Below, piece by piece: positions 54,892 through 64,000 of a DNA stretch of 64,000 bases. The stretch is taken from IMG/VR virus record IMGVR_UViG_2579778660_000001. One strand, written 5' to 3'. Source of the stretch: a virus. Its lineage: Duplodnaviria; Heunggongvirae; Uroviricota; Caudoviricetes. The notes beneath the pieces were generated by a model. That model did not search any database. It was not told the origin of the DNA and was given only the letters and a program-made list of their open reading frames with translations. The position numbers were made by a program, and so were the translations under genes. Position 1 is the stretch's first letter. Each line of letters begins with the position of its first letter.

Positions 54892-56077
54892 TTTCCTGAA
54901 AAAACAGGACGGGCGCTATATCACTGACGGCCTGTCCTCTAAGGACTTCACGCGTTTATTCGAGATTATCAGGAAAGAACAAACCCGTAAGCGCCGACAA
55001 GCTCACCGGACGCTGACGCCAGGTAGACTGAGGAACAAATCCGCCGAAGATATTCTCAAGTTAGGGAAGAAAAAAGGCGGCACGTTCTTCACGCGAGACG
55101 ACCTGAAAGGTTTCGAAAAGCTACGGAGTAAAACGCGCGAAAAATATGACAGCAAGACGGCTGGCATCACATACGCCCAGCTGGTGGCATCCAGCCAGGC
55201 AATCGATATTAAGCGTGCAAATAACGCCGTGGATGACGGATCTGGTATCAAAAGAGCTACCCCCGTATCTCTTCGCCACAATGTGATTAATATCCGCGTA
55301 GAAGCATCGGATATATCCGTCCACCAGCACCATATCGTCCGGATACGCTTTGAAGAATGGGATCAGATGGTTGATGACATCGCAGAAGACGATAAATCAG
55401 CTCTCAAAATCACTAAATCACTGTGCGCCGGGCGAGTGTCTTTCGATTGTGACTGTGGTCGTCATCAATACTGGTATCGTTACATCGCCACTGCGGGTAA
55501 CTTTGCCCTGGCACCGCCAAAAGAATACGCCTATCCAAAAGTTCGCAACCCGAACCTGCAAGGCGTCGCCTGTAAACACGTGATCCACTCAATGACGCGG
55601 TTACAGTCCGCCAGTTGGCAAATGAGTATTGCTCGTGCGCTACAAAAGGCTGCAACGCAAATTGCATTTGGTGACGATCGCCGCCGTACAACCAAACACT
55701 TCTCAAAAGAAGACGAGAAGGAGTTTAATCGCAATCGTAGCAGTAAAACGAACGTTGAAGCCGCCAAACGCGAATGGAGACTCTATCAGAAGCGCCAGGC
55801 AGCTTTAAGTTCAAAACTGGCAAAGGACAACGGCAAGATCGACAAGCTACGTGACCAATTGACCAGGGCCAGAAAGTTGTCAGACGCACAGAAAAAACGG
55901 GCGGCTGCAAAAGAAGCGGCCTTGCAACGAGAGAAGCAGAAAAACAAGGAGCTTCAGCAACGCCTTGCCGATCAGTTCGCACTGAAGAAGCAGGCGTTCA
56001 TTGATGCGCTTGTCATGGCAGGAACGTCACCTGAGCAAGCTGAAAAAATGTTTATAGAGTACGTGAAAAAAGCATAA
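54884..56077 (+). CDS. SWIM-type zinc-finger protein with basic coiled-coil C-terminus, 397 aa
   Basis: CDCGRHQYWYRY...ACKHV matches the SWIM CxC-x(n)-CxH pattern. Confidence 0.45.
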   Translation: MPDFLKKQDGRYITDGLSSKDFTRLFEIIRKEQTRKRRQAHRTLTPGRLRNKSAEDILKLGKKKGGTFFTRDDLKGFEKLRSKTREKYDSKTAGITYAQLVASSQAIDIKRANNAVDDGSGIKRATPVSLRHNVINIRVEASDISVHQHHIVRIRFEEWDQMVDDIAEDDKSALKITKSLCAGRVSFDCDCGRHQYWYRYIATAGNFALAPPKEYAYPKVRNPNLQGVACKHVIHSMTRLQSASWQMSIARALQKAATQIAFGDDRRRTTKHFSKEDEKEFNRNRSSKTNVEAAKREWRLYQKRQAALSSKLAKDNGKIDKLRDQLTRARKLSDAQKKRAAAKEAALQREKQKNKELQQRLADQFALKKQAFIDALVMAGTSPEQAEKMFIEYVKKA

Positions 56078-56110
56078 ACCACACATAGCCTAGTAGTTTA
56101 TGCTGGGCTT

Positions 56111-56839
56111 TCATTTTTTTGAAAGATCAATTCCAGTATTATCAAATAAACTGGAAATATCAGACACCAATTTATTAAAATGCTTGTCATCATTATAGAA
56201 TGATGTGCTTTTTATAGCGACTATAAAATCACATAAATCTTGCGGAGATTCAATGCTAACACCCTTATTTTTATATAGTTCAATAATACTGCCAACATCA
56301 GTATGCAATAGTTTTATCGCACCACAAATTTCTCGCTGTTTCGTAGCTAGGTCATTAAGTTTATTTTCATTTTCATCTAATATTTGTTTTGAATATTTAG
56401 CGTCATTGGTTGCTTGATTTAACTTTGTTTTCTTTCTTTGCAATTCTATTCTTTTATCATAATCAGCAACTTCATCTAAATATCTTATTTCAGTGTATAA
56501 TTTACTTGTTAGCTTAGATATCGTCAGTGTGAGAATAGGAGCTAATACAGATGCAAATACTCCATAAATAAATGGGATTACAACGTGACAAACCCACGGG
56601 GGTACAATCCAATTATCAAAGAACGGTACATTACCACCAACAAAAACAATAGATAATGTATATAGGATGTCGTCCTTTGACTTTAATATAATTAAAATAT
56701 CCTTCCAGTTAAGGATTAGAAAAGAAATGACAACATATGCAAAAACCTTGTTAAATATTTTATCTTTTATTATTTCAGAAAATGATTTTAGTTCTGTTTC
56801 ATTTATAGACGGATTATCTTTAACTTTTTCTGACATCAT
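56111..56839 (-). CDS. AT-rich membrane protein, candidate abortive-infection / defence effector, 242 aa
   Basis: AGGA RBS; 3-4 predicted transmembrane helices then a coiled-coil cytoplasmic domain; the gene is markedly AT-rich compared with its flanks. Confidence 0.5.
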   Translation of the reverse strand: MMSEKVKDNPSINETELKSFSEIIKDKIFNKVFAYVVISFLILNWKDILIILKSKDDILYTLSIVFVGGNVPFFDNWIVPPWVCHVVIPFIYGVFASVLAPILTLTISKLTSKLYTEIRYLDEVADYDKRIELQRKKTKLNQATNDAKYSKQILDENENKLNDLATKQREICGAIKLLHTDVGSIIELYKNKGVSIESPQDLCDFIVAIKSTSFYNDDKHFNKLVSDISSLFDNTGIDLSKK

Positions 56840-56860
56840 AGCTTATCCTGATTACTTTTA

Positions 56861-57061
56861 TTATGGATAGTTAAAAGATTCAACAGGTGATGGTGGCTGA
56901 ATTGGGTAATGTTTCTTCTCGTACTCCTCAATGAGAAGACTCATAACCTCAAAGAAATCACCTTCCGGAGTATTCATTTCCGGTTCGTTATCGAACATCG
57001 GTTCGACCGCACGCAGTGCGGCCTCATAATCTTGTTCTGTACGGATAGGTTTAATGTTCAT
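56861..57061 (-). CDS. small protein resembling the N-terminal domain of long HigA-type antitoxins, 66 aa
   Basis: Pattern I.TEQDYEAAL..VE...D.EP.....GD.FEVMSLLIEEYE, as in the E. coli YgjM/HigA N-domain (recalled); no clear RBS. Confidence 0.3.
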   Translation of the reverse strand: MNIKPIRTEQDYEAALRAVEPMFDNEPEMNTPEGDFFEVMSLLIEEYEKKHYPIQPPSPVESFNYP

Positions 57062-57074
57062 TAATTACAAAGGA

Positions 57075-57100
57075 AAGCCCACTTGCTAAGTGGGCTTTTT
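57075..57100. terminator. bidirectional terminator hairpin (agcccact-tgcta-agtgggct)
   Basis: 8-bp stem flanked by an A run and a T run. Confidence 0.6.
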
Positions 57101-57117
57101 GTATGTGTTTTACTATA

Positions 57118-57456
57118 TCAGGCTGCTTTTTTATTCATGTTCCGCTGAGAAATAAATTTTTCAGCAGTATTGATACGACTTAACTCTTCCTGAACGCGCA
57201 TATCATTTTCGACTTCCCACAGATCTACTGCGGTCTGAAGATTAATCCAAAAATCTACAGAAGTATCGAATGCTTTTGCCAGGCGATATGCCATATCCAT
57301 CGTTAGCTTACGATTATTATTAACAAGAGCACTTACGGTGTTACGATGAACATGAAGTATTTCTGCTAACTCGTTGATCTTCAGCTCTAACGGCTCCAGG
57401 TATTCGTACAGCAGGATATCACCTACGGTCGTCGGTTTTCTGGTTGCCTGTTTCAT
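57118..57456 (-). CDS. higA: HigA-family antitoxin (XRE helix-turn-helix), 112 aa
   Basis: GDILLYEYLEPLELKINELAEILHVHRNTVSALVNNNRKLTMDMAYRLAKAF...FWINLQ is the canonical HigA HTH pattern. Confidence 0.8.
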   Translation of the reverse strand: MKQATRKPTTVGDILLYEYLEPLELKINELAEILHVHRNTVSALVNNNRKLTMDMAYRLAKAFDTSVDFWINLQTAVDLWEVENDMRVQEELSRINTAEKFISQRNMNKKAA

Positions 57457-57527
57457 TTTTTTGCCCTTACTAGCGTGCGTATTAAGTGGACTCTGGTCAG
57501 AACCCGGTCCGTAACCGGGTATCTGTT

Positions 57528-57830
57528 TTAGTATTTGTGAGGGTCGAGATACAAGTCCTCGGCCTTTCCGTTAACCCACTTAAAAATTAACCTATATTGC
57601 TTATTCACCCTTACTGATGAATAGCCATTTAGCTTCCCTGACAGTTCCTCATACCGATTACCTGGTGGTGATCTTAAATCCTTACAGGTAGTTGCGGCAT
57701 TGATAATGTCCAACTTCCGTGACAATGTCATATGAATATCAGGAGGTATCTTTCTATGTGGTGTTGAAAATTCAAAAAAATCATCAAGCCACGCATCCCT
57801 GAAATCCTTTATGTTAATTTTTTTGGTCAT
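57528..57830 (-). CDS. higB: HigB-family toxin (RelE/ParE-fold mRNA interferase), 100 aa
   Basis: C-terminal YRLIFKWVNGKAEDLYLDPHKY killer-protein motif; toxin-first hig gene order. Confidence 0.75.
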   Translation of the reverse strand: MTKKINIKDFRDAWLDDFFEFSTPHRKIPPDIHMTLSRKLDIINAATTCKDLRSPPGNRYEELSGKLNGYSSVRVNKQYRLIFKWVNGKAEDLYLDPHKY

Positions 57831-57980
57831 TAGTCATTTGATCCTCCGTGATGATTACCGAATGCCATAACTATAGCGCACCGTTGCACTGTGCGCAAGT
57901 GCATTTTATGAATTCCCCCTCCTTCATCCAAAATCACAATCTCCCGAAAATCTTCCTTTCGATACCTGACAGATCGACCT

Positions 57981-58784
57981 TTGAGGATGCTTATGGGCCG
58001 TTTTGACGAATGGTTTGCTGACGATGCAAACCTGGCAAGTAAGGAGTCAGAACATGACAGCACGCAGAGAGAAACGCCAGCGCCGATTGAAGCGAATGCA
58101 GGAGGCGCGCCGGAACATGGCAATACCGGTTCGGATTCATTCAGCATTCTGGAAGAGCAACCCGCCGCCAAAGCTGATAGCCATGATAATTTTGCTGATA
58201 GCAACGGTGGCCTTACTCCGGATGCTGGCGAATCAGATATAGCCATACTTCCACCTTCCCTGGCTGGCAGAGAACCAACTCCACAGCTAAAAGCACGCTA
58301 TAACGGGCATAAAGCCTTTAACGACCAAATCCGCGCAGACTGGATGCTGATTATTGAATCCAGCCCAGACGCGTTTCAGGCTCTCTTATATCGACCAGAT
58401 GTTGGCACATATGGGGTAGTCAGCGACGAAACAGGAGAAGAGTCATTCACTGAACTGGATAACAACCAACGCGAACTGACTTACCAGGAACCTGAAATCG
58501 TTTATGTGCTGGATAACCCTGACGGACGTGACTCTTTCCATGCGATTGACGCAGACGGTGAGCAGGATGGCTTAACCGATGATGTTCTGATTCTGCGTAT
58601 TGCAGCAAATAACGTCCCCGTCGGCTCAATTCTTGAATGGAATGAAGAGATGGTAAACGGCGTAGCCCGCCGCTGGTGGTACGTGCACCGTATTTTTAGC
58701 TACGGCACACAGCATGTTGGTTCGCTTTACTACTGCATACCTGCCAGGAATTTTGATACGACTCAAAACGGAGTGATCGAATGA
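57981..58784 (+). CDS. hypothetical acidic structural protein, 267 aa
   Basis: First gene of a four-gene operon that ends with a baseplate-spike-like protein. Confidence 0.45.
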   Translation: MRMLMGRFDEWFADDANLASKESEHDSTQRETPAPIEANAGGAPEHGNTGSDSFSILEEQPAAKADSHDNFADSNGGLTPDAGESDIAILPPSLAGREPTPQLKARYNGHKAFNDQIRADWMLIIESSPDAFQALLYRPDVGTYGVVSDETGEESFTELDNNQRELTYQEPEIVYVLDNPDGRDSFHAIDADGEQDGLTDDVLILRIAANNVPVGSILEWNEEMVNGVARRWWYVHRIFSYGTQHVGSLYYCIPARNFDTTQNGVIE

Positions 58785-59548
58785 CTTCAAATAAAACCCT
58801 CCTGGCGCGAACAGGTGAATGGCAAACCTCACGCACAGGAAAATTCCAGACCACGGGCTTTGAAAACGTGGATAACGCGTTTGCGACGCTAATCAGCAAC
58901 ATTTTTTCTGATATCTTACTGGTGGCCCCCGCGCCGGAAGAAAAACGCTTTGCGTCATTCCTGAATCGTCCACCAGCAGAGCGTGTCTATGTGGCCCGTT
59001 TCGACAATGCGATCGAGTTTCTTAAAGCAGTTCGTCGCGCAAATGCCGGGCAAGGGAGAAAACCTGAAAACCAGAACATTAACCGGGATGCTCTCCCCCT
59101 GGTCAATATCTCACGCACTATGGATATCAATTATATCAACGATGATCAGCAGATTGACCGCAAAAAAGTAGCCAGTTTTTGCGAACCAGATACCGGAATG
59201 CCTTTAGCAGAACTGGAATACACCCAGGCCATTCTGACGTATGACGTTACGTTAATGGCAACTGATAAAGCGACCATGAGTCTGATGTGTAATTCGCTGG
59301 GCGCACGGCTTCGCCTGATGACAGGTACACAATTTGAAGCAACCACTCACCTTGTTCGTGTCCCGGTCCCGCTGATTTGCTCGATACAGGATGCCAAAGA
59401 AGTCGGCTTTACGGATGTTTCAGCACCAATTGGAGAAGAGCGTATTTATGCCACACAAGCGCCGATAAGTGTGATTGCAGACGTGATCACAGCATGGGAG
59501 TTGGACGCAAAACGTATTATTACCGAAACCTCGATATCTATGGGGTGA
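58781..59548 (+). CDS. putative baseplate/tail component, 255 aa
   Basis: ATGA overlap; operon context. Confidence 0.4.
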   Translation: MTSNKTLLARTGEWQTSRTGKFQTTGFENVDNAFATLISNIFSDILLVAPAPEEKRFASFLNRPPAERVYVARFDNAIEFLKAVRRANAGQGRKPENQNINRDALPLVNISRTMDINYINDDQQIDRKKVASFCEPDTGMPLAELEYTQAILTYDVTLMATDKATMSLMCNSLGARLRLMTGTQFEATTHLVRVPVPLICSIQDAKEVGFTDVSAPIGEERIYATQAPISVIADVITAWELDAKRIITETSISMG

Positions 59549-59551
59549 TAA

Positions 59552-60532
59552 GTGGCCCAGGAGTTACAACAATATTTTCTACAGTCAGTGCTCATTAACG
59601 ATAACAAAGTGCCACGAGACTGGATTTTTACCGCAGTATATGTAGAAAAAACCAGCCTCAAAGCCCCTTTGCTAAAACTGGAAATTCATGACGCTACCGG
59701 CACCGTAATTGATGACTGGAAAGCCAAATACGGTGCATCGCTGGTGGCTGAAATGGGCGATCCAAACGGTAATGCAGGCACTTTTAAAACAGATTTCTTT
59801 GTTACGTCTGCAATGCTGGCTGGTGATGTTGTTACCGTTATTGCTGTCAGTGAAGACGTGCGCAGGTTTAAGATCCCCTCCCCGCGCACAAATTTACATA
59901 CCAACAAAACACCAGACGCTATATTCAAGGCATATTCCGGCAAACTTAAAATTACCAGCAGCGTGCTAAAACGCGCAGTTACATATCATCTGAATGCTGG
60001 TGACAAACCGTCAAAAATGCTTTCGGAGATAGCGCGAGACAAAGGTGCATTGTGTTGGGTATGTCGGGGGGAATTTAACTTTTACACCCTGGCTGATCTG
60101 ATGAAGCAAACGCCATCATTTACCTACGAGGGGAATAACCCTAAAGCAGAATACACTTTGTCCAAAATGCGCCTACTCCAACAGGAACATGCGACAACAG
60201 CAAAGAATCAATATCGTTTTGTTGGGTATTCCATGACCGATGGCTACGTCGAATATGGCGATAGCTCACTCCCAGTGCGTTATATATCCGACTCTGATAT
60301 GGAAACTCTTCGCAATATGCAGCTGTCTCTCGTCCCCAAAATGGATATAGAAGTCGCAGGCAATCCTGATATAAAACCGGGGATGGTAATAGAGATTATC
60401 GTATACCGCTATGACCAGGAAAACCGCATTGATGAATCAATGCCCCGTAAGCTGATAGTAAAAAATGTTGCGCACTTTGAGGACCGCGTAGGCTACACAA
60501 CACGAATGATATTGGGAGTGCCTAACAAATGA
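59552..60532 (+). CDS. putative baseplate/tail component, 326 aa
   Basis: Operon context. Confidence 0.4.
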   Translation: MAQELQQYFLQSVLINDNKVPRDWIFTAVYVEKTSLKAPLLKLEIHDATGTVIDDWKAKYGASLVAEMGDPNGNAGTFKTDFFVTSAMLAGDVVTVIAVSEDVRRFKIPSPRTNLHTNKTPDAIFKAYSGKLKITSSVLKRAVTYHLNAGDKPSKMLSEIARDKGALCWVCRGEFNFYTLADLMKQTPSFTYEGNNPKAEYTLSKMRLLQQEHATTAKNQYRFVGYSMTDGYVEYGDSSLPVRYISDSDMETLRNMQLSLVPKMDIEVAGNPDIKPGMVIEIIVYRYDQENRIDESMPRKLIVKNVAHFEDRVGYTTRMILGVPNK

Positions 60533-61182
60533 AGCGTAGAGCGCAAATTGTTGGAACTGTGCACCCGGCAGGGCTTATGCGTGCTCAAGTCCGTGTTTTA
60601 CCTGACTGGAATGGCGTTCCTGATGACGATCTACCCTGGGCGGAATACCAGTTACCCATCGGGAACGCTTTTGTACCTACAGTCAAAGGTGACCTGGTCT
60701 GGGTAGAGTTTCCTTATTTAGATGTTAACGGTCGAATAGACACCAGACGCCCAATGATAGTTGGTGCCGCTCAGGATGCGCCAGGCGGAGTTCCAAACGT
60801 CGCGCCGGAGGCGTCAGGCAATGGTAGCGGCTGGACGCCGCCTGAAGTAGACGGAGCGCCTCCCCGCCCGCAATTTTCGGCGACAAAAGATTTCGTTATT
60901 CACCGCAATAATGTGCTAGAAGTGCGAACGGCTGGCGGTGGATATGAAATAGCCAATACGGCAGCAGGTTCAAGGATTGGCATGAATGAGTCCGGGCAGA
61001 TATATATCATTGGTCCGGCTGATGTAATCGTGAATGCAGGAGGGAGTGTTAACGTCAAATCAGCCAACAACATCAATGTTAATGGGGAAAATATTGCTGT
61101 CACCGCTAACGGGGACATAGCTTTCAAGGCAGGGGGAACCTTTCAGGCCACTGCTGGCAACTTCGATTTCAAGAAAGGATAG
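60529..61182 (+). CDS. baseplate central spike-like protein (gpV-like)
   Basis: N-terminal OB-like region and Gly-rich beta-helix-like C-terminus (...GGYEIANTAAGSRIGMNESGQIYIIGPADVIVNAGGSVNVKSANNINVNGENIAVTANGDIAFKAGG). Confidence 0.45.
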   Translation: MKRRAQIVGTVHPAGLMRAQVRVLPDWNGVPDDDLPWAEYQLPIGNAFVPTVKGDLVWVEFPYLDVNGRIDTRRPMIVGAAQDAPGGVPNVAPEASGNGSGWTPPEVDGAPPRPQFSATKDFVIHRNNVLEVRTAGGGYEIANTAAGSRIGMNESGQIYIIGPADVIVNAGGSVNVKSANNINVNGENIAVTANGDIAFKAGGTFQATAGNFDFKKG

Positions 61183-61212
61183 AAAATGCACCCATTTGTG
61201 TTAGATAATTAA

Positions 61213-61229
61213 CGCGTATTTTCTAACAT
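61213..61229 (-). promoter_or_regulatory. operator-like site ATGTTAGAAAATAC upstream of rdgC-dmt
   Basis: Motif copy about 15 bp before the rdgC start. Confidence 0.5.
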
Positions 61230-61241
61230 AAATGGTGAGAA

Positions 61242-62147
61242 ATGAGATCAGTCGCTTTCAAAAATATCTTCATCTATCGTCTTTCACGCGAAGTTAACTG
61301 GGATACCGCAGAAGTAAATGCAGCCCTTAGCAAGTTTGTGTTTACCCCATGCGGTTCTCAGGATATGGCTAAAGCTGGTTGGACCCCAATTCTTGGCGAC
61401 AACCTCACCCATGAATACCAGGGTTTTCTTCTGATGCAGCATAAACGAGAGGAAAAAATCCTGCCTTCTCAAGTACTCAAAGAAGAGTTACAGAAAAAAA
61501 TCCTGAAACTTGAAGAAGAGCAAGACAGAAAGCTGAAGAAGACCGAAAAAGATTCGCTGAAGGATGAAGTGCTTCACTCTCTTCTTCCTCGCGCTTTCAC
61601 GAGAAAATCAGTCGCTAAAATCCTGATAGACCGAAGCAATCATCTGGTTTTTGTCGAGGCCAGCAGTGCTAAAAAAGCAGAGGATCAGCTGGCTTTGTTA
61701 CGGAAATCGCTTGGCAGCTTGCCCGTTGTCCCCTTCTCTCCGAAAGACCCATTAGAACTGACCATCACTGGCTGGATTAAAGATGGCTTCCCGAACGGTT
61801 TCCGTGCTGGTGAGGAAGCGACTTTAAAAGCATTGCTTGATGATGGCGGCGCGGTCCGCTGCAAAAAAGTGGACCTGCTATCCGACGAGATCATGAGTCA
61901 TATAGAAGCTGGTAAGGTTGCAACCACAGTTGCGGTTAACTGGCAAGACCGTGCATTTTTCAGACTGAATGACGATATGAGTATCAAGGCTTTGTCGTTC
62001 AGCGACGAATTGTACGACCAAAACGACGATATTGATCGAGAGGATGTAGCGCAACGATTTGACGCTGACTTTATCCTGTTTACTGCTGAATTATCAGCCA
62101 TGTTCACTTCGCTAGTGGAGGCCGTTGGTGGTGAAGCAGAACGTTAA
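61242..62147 (+). CDS. rdgC: RdgC recombination-associated protein
   Basis: Long colinear match to E. coli RdgC as recalled ([74 protein letters not shown]). Confidence 0.85.
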   Translation: MRSVAFKNIFIYRLSREVNWDTAEVNAALSKFVFTPCGSQDMAKAGWTPILGDNLTHEYQGFLLMQHKREEKILPSQVLKEELQKKILKLEEEQDRKLKKTEKDSLKDEVLHSLLPRAFTRKSVAKILIDRSNHLVFVEASSAKKAEDQLALLRKSLGSLPVVPFSPKDPLELTITGWIKDGFPNGFRAGEEATLKALLDDGGAVRCKKVDLLSDEIMSHIEAGKVATTVAVNWQDRAFFRLNDDMSIKALSFSDELYDQNDDIDREDVAQRFDADFILFTAELSAMFTSLVEAVGGEAER

Positions 62148-64000
62148 CCTTAGATATGGTTCTGTTTGCAGTGGAATTGAAGCAGCGAGCATTGCCTGGG
62201 AACCGTTGGGTATGCGTCCGGCGTGGTTTGCTGAAATCGAGCCTTTTCCATCTGCCGTTCTTGCGCACCGCTGGCCCCATGTCGCCAACCTTGGCGATAT
62301 GACAAAACTTGCCAAAAAAGTCCTGGCTGGGGAAATCGAATCCCCTGATGTGCTCGTCGGGGGAACACCTTGTCAGGCATTCAGTATCGCGGGATTACGT
62401 GGTGGGCTTGATGATGAGCGTGGCGCGCTAACTTTAAAGTATGTGGAGCTTGCAAATGCAATTGACGACAAACGGGCTGAGTCATTTCTCAAACCAGCCG
62501 TTATCGTCTGGGAAAATGTCCCAGGAGTCTTGTCATCGGCAGATAACGCCTTCGGATGTTTCCTTGCCGGATTGGCTGGAGAAGATGCGCCATTCGAACC
62601 AGGTGCTCGACCTGAATCACGAAAAAGTAACGCGTTCTGGCGGTGGGATGTCAAAACCAGTTGCCATGCTCCAAAGTGGCCGCAGTGTGGTTGTATTTAT
62701 GGACCGCAGCGAAAAGTGGCCTGGAGAATCCTTGATGCCCAATACTTCGGAGTGGCACAACGACGCCGACGCGTGTTTGTTGTCGCAAGTGCTCGAACAG
62801 ACCTCGATCCCGCAACGATACTTTTTGAGTTCGAAGGCGTGCGCCGGAATATTGCGCCGAGCCGAAAAAAGAAGGAAATCGCTTCCGCCATTATTGCAAA
62901 TGGCGCTGCAATCAGTGGCGAAAGTCTAAATCCATGCCTACACGCTGACATGCCCCCCGGTATGAAATCGACGAAAGCCGTAAACGCTTTCAGGATGGCG
63001 GCATTTGGGGAATATATTGACGATGAAACCGCATCGACAGTAAAGGCAAGAGACTTTAAAGATGCCACTGACCTTGCCGTTTTTAGCAGCACAGGAGCAG
63101 GTTTTTGGTCAGAGGGGCATGGTACATTGCGGGCGCGTGAGCAAGAAAGCCATGAGCATCTTGTTACATTAGCTTTTCCTGAGCATATGAGCGGTACACA
63201 ACATGCTGCAACTAAGAATACTTCACCATCTCTAATGGCTCAAAATCCAACAGCCGTTTGCTATGAAGCAAGAAACGCAAAAGTAGCTGTTCGCCGTCTT
63301 ACCCCTGTCGAATGTGAAAGGCTGCAAGGTTTTCCTGATGGGCATACGTTGATCCCTACGGAAAAGCGTAAAACAATTTCCTCAGATGAACTGGCATACC
63401 TTCGCAATCACTATCCAGATTTAAGCGAAGAAGAGGCCGCGATGCTCGCTGCTGACGGGCCGCGTTACAAAGCGATTGGCAACAGCATGGCAGTTCCTGT
63501 TATGCAATGGATTGGGTGTTGCATTCTTGCGACTGTGGAAGCTAAACAGCCAAAAACAATAAATACCATTACCTACACAAGAATACTCCGGACTCCGGAT
63601 GAATATGAGCGTCCGATCTTCAAATGGGTAGGAGGTAAATTCTCAGAGTTACCTACAGTGCTTGAGCATCTACCACACGGCAAGCGGTTAATAGAACCAT
63701 TCGTTGGTGGCGGTTCCGTATTTACGAATGCAGGATTTCGCCACAACCTGCTTAATGATATTAACGGTGACCTGATTAACTTCTATCAGACATTGCAGCG
63801 AGAAGGACATTCGCTCGTCACGCTGTCATATAGTTTTTTCCAAAATTACAACAACGCTGACGCTTACCTCGAAGTGCGTGAGGCATTTAACAGAGGAAAG
63901 TATGACCAGCTACATCATGCTGCCGCCTTTTTGTACCTTAATCGGCACTGTTTTAATGGCGTAACGCGGTACAACCAAAATGGCGAGTTCAACGTGGGGT
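62128..64000 (+). CDS. dmt: fused DNA methyltransferase (Dmt-like): C5-cytosine MTase domain followed by Dam-type N6-adenine MTase domain; 3' partial, runs off the window
   Basis: Continuous frame with no stop from 62116 to the end. C5-MTase motifs in order: VCSGIEAAS (I), [12 protein letters not shown] (IV), [10 protein letters not shown] (VI), [10 protein letters not shown] (VIII), [18 protein letters not shown] (IX), [10 protein letters not shown] (X); then Dam motifs [10 protein letters not shown] and EPFVGGGSV. Start likely GTG 62128 (GGAGG 6 nt upstream), overlapping the rdgC end. Absent from the ORF track because there is no stop inside the window. Confidence 0.75.
   Translation, partial: MVKQNVNLRYGSVCSGIEAASIAWEPLGMRPAWFAEIEPFPSAVLAHRWPHVANLGDMTKLAKKVLAGEIESPDVLVGGTPCQAFSIAGLRGGLDDERGALTLKYVELANAIDDKRAESFLKPAVIVWENVPGVLSSADNAFGCFLAGLAGEDAPFEPGARPESRKSNAFWRWDVKTSCHAPKWPQCGCIYGPQRKVAWRILDAQYFGVAQRRRRVFVVASARTDLDPATILFEFEGVRRNIAPSRKKKEIASAIIANGAAISGESLNPCLHADMPPGMKSTKAVNAFRMAAFGEYIDDETASTVKARDFKDATDLAVFSSTGAGFWSEGHGTLRAREQESHEHLVTLAFPEHMSGTQHAATKNTSPSLMAQNPTAVCYEARNAKVAVRRLTPVECERLQGFPDGHTLIPTEKRKTISSDELAYLRNHYPDLSEEEAAMLAADGPRYKAIGNSMAVPVMQWIGCCILATVEAKQPKTINTITYTRILRTPDEYERPIFKWVGGKFSELPTVLEHLPHGKRLIEPFVGGGSVFTNAGFRHNLLNDINGDLINFYQTLQREGHSLVTLSYSFFQNYNNADAYLEVREAFNRGKYDQLHHAAAFLYLNRHCFNGVTRYNQNGEFNVG

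Noticed and set aside
1-64000. Insertion sequences or transposons (P1 carries IS1)
   Set aside because: No transposase-like ORF and no terminal inverted repeats with target duplications were seen; the only recombinase is the Cre/Dre homologue.

Overview
The window reads as one contiguous segment of a P1-family temperate phage-plasmid, in the D6-like sub-lineage rather than P1 itself. The anchor is a Cre homologue preceded by a rox-type site (TAACTTTAAATAAT-GGGG-ATTATTTAAAGTTA, 14-bp arms around a 4-bp spacer) instead of loxP, lying directly after a pacA-pacB terminase pair and a divergently transcribed gene at the c1 position. Other recognisable P1 landmarks are the humD-phd-doc addiction block, a theta (Hot) homologue, ref, a Ser/Thr phosphatase, tRNA-Asn/Thr/Ile(CAU), a giant DarB-like methyltransferase-helicase (2305 aa), and a putative lydA-lydB-hdf-darA-ddrA operon assigned by size and order only. 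The 5' end is a partial tail-fibre gene with tandem 120-bp repeats; the 3' end is rdgC followed by a fused Dcm-Dam methyltransferase that runs off the window and is absent from the ORF track. The most interesting signals are regulatory and accessory: about a dozen copies of a 17-bp operator-like motif (consensus ATGTTAGAAAACTAATT) marking a putative repressor regulon, a c4/icd-like RNA immunity module with no antirepressor, a small protein with a ClpX-type zinc finger, three DUF2829-like small proteins, a tRNA-remnant-rich 2.7-kb non-coding region, and an AT-rich membrane-protein gene next to a HigB/HigA pair. All family assignments rest on motif reading and recalled homologues, not on searches.
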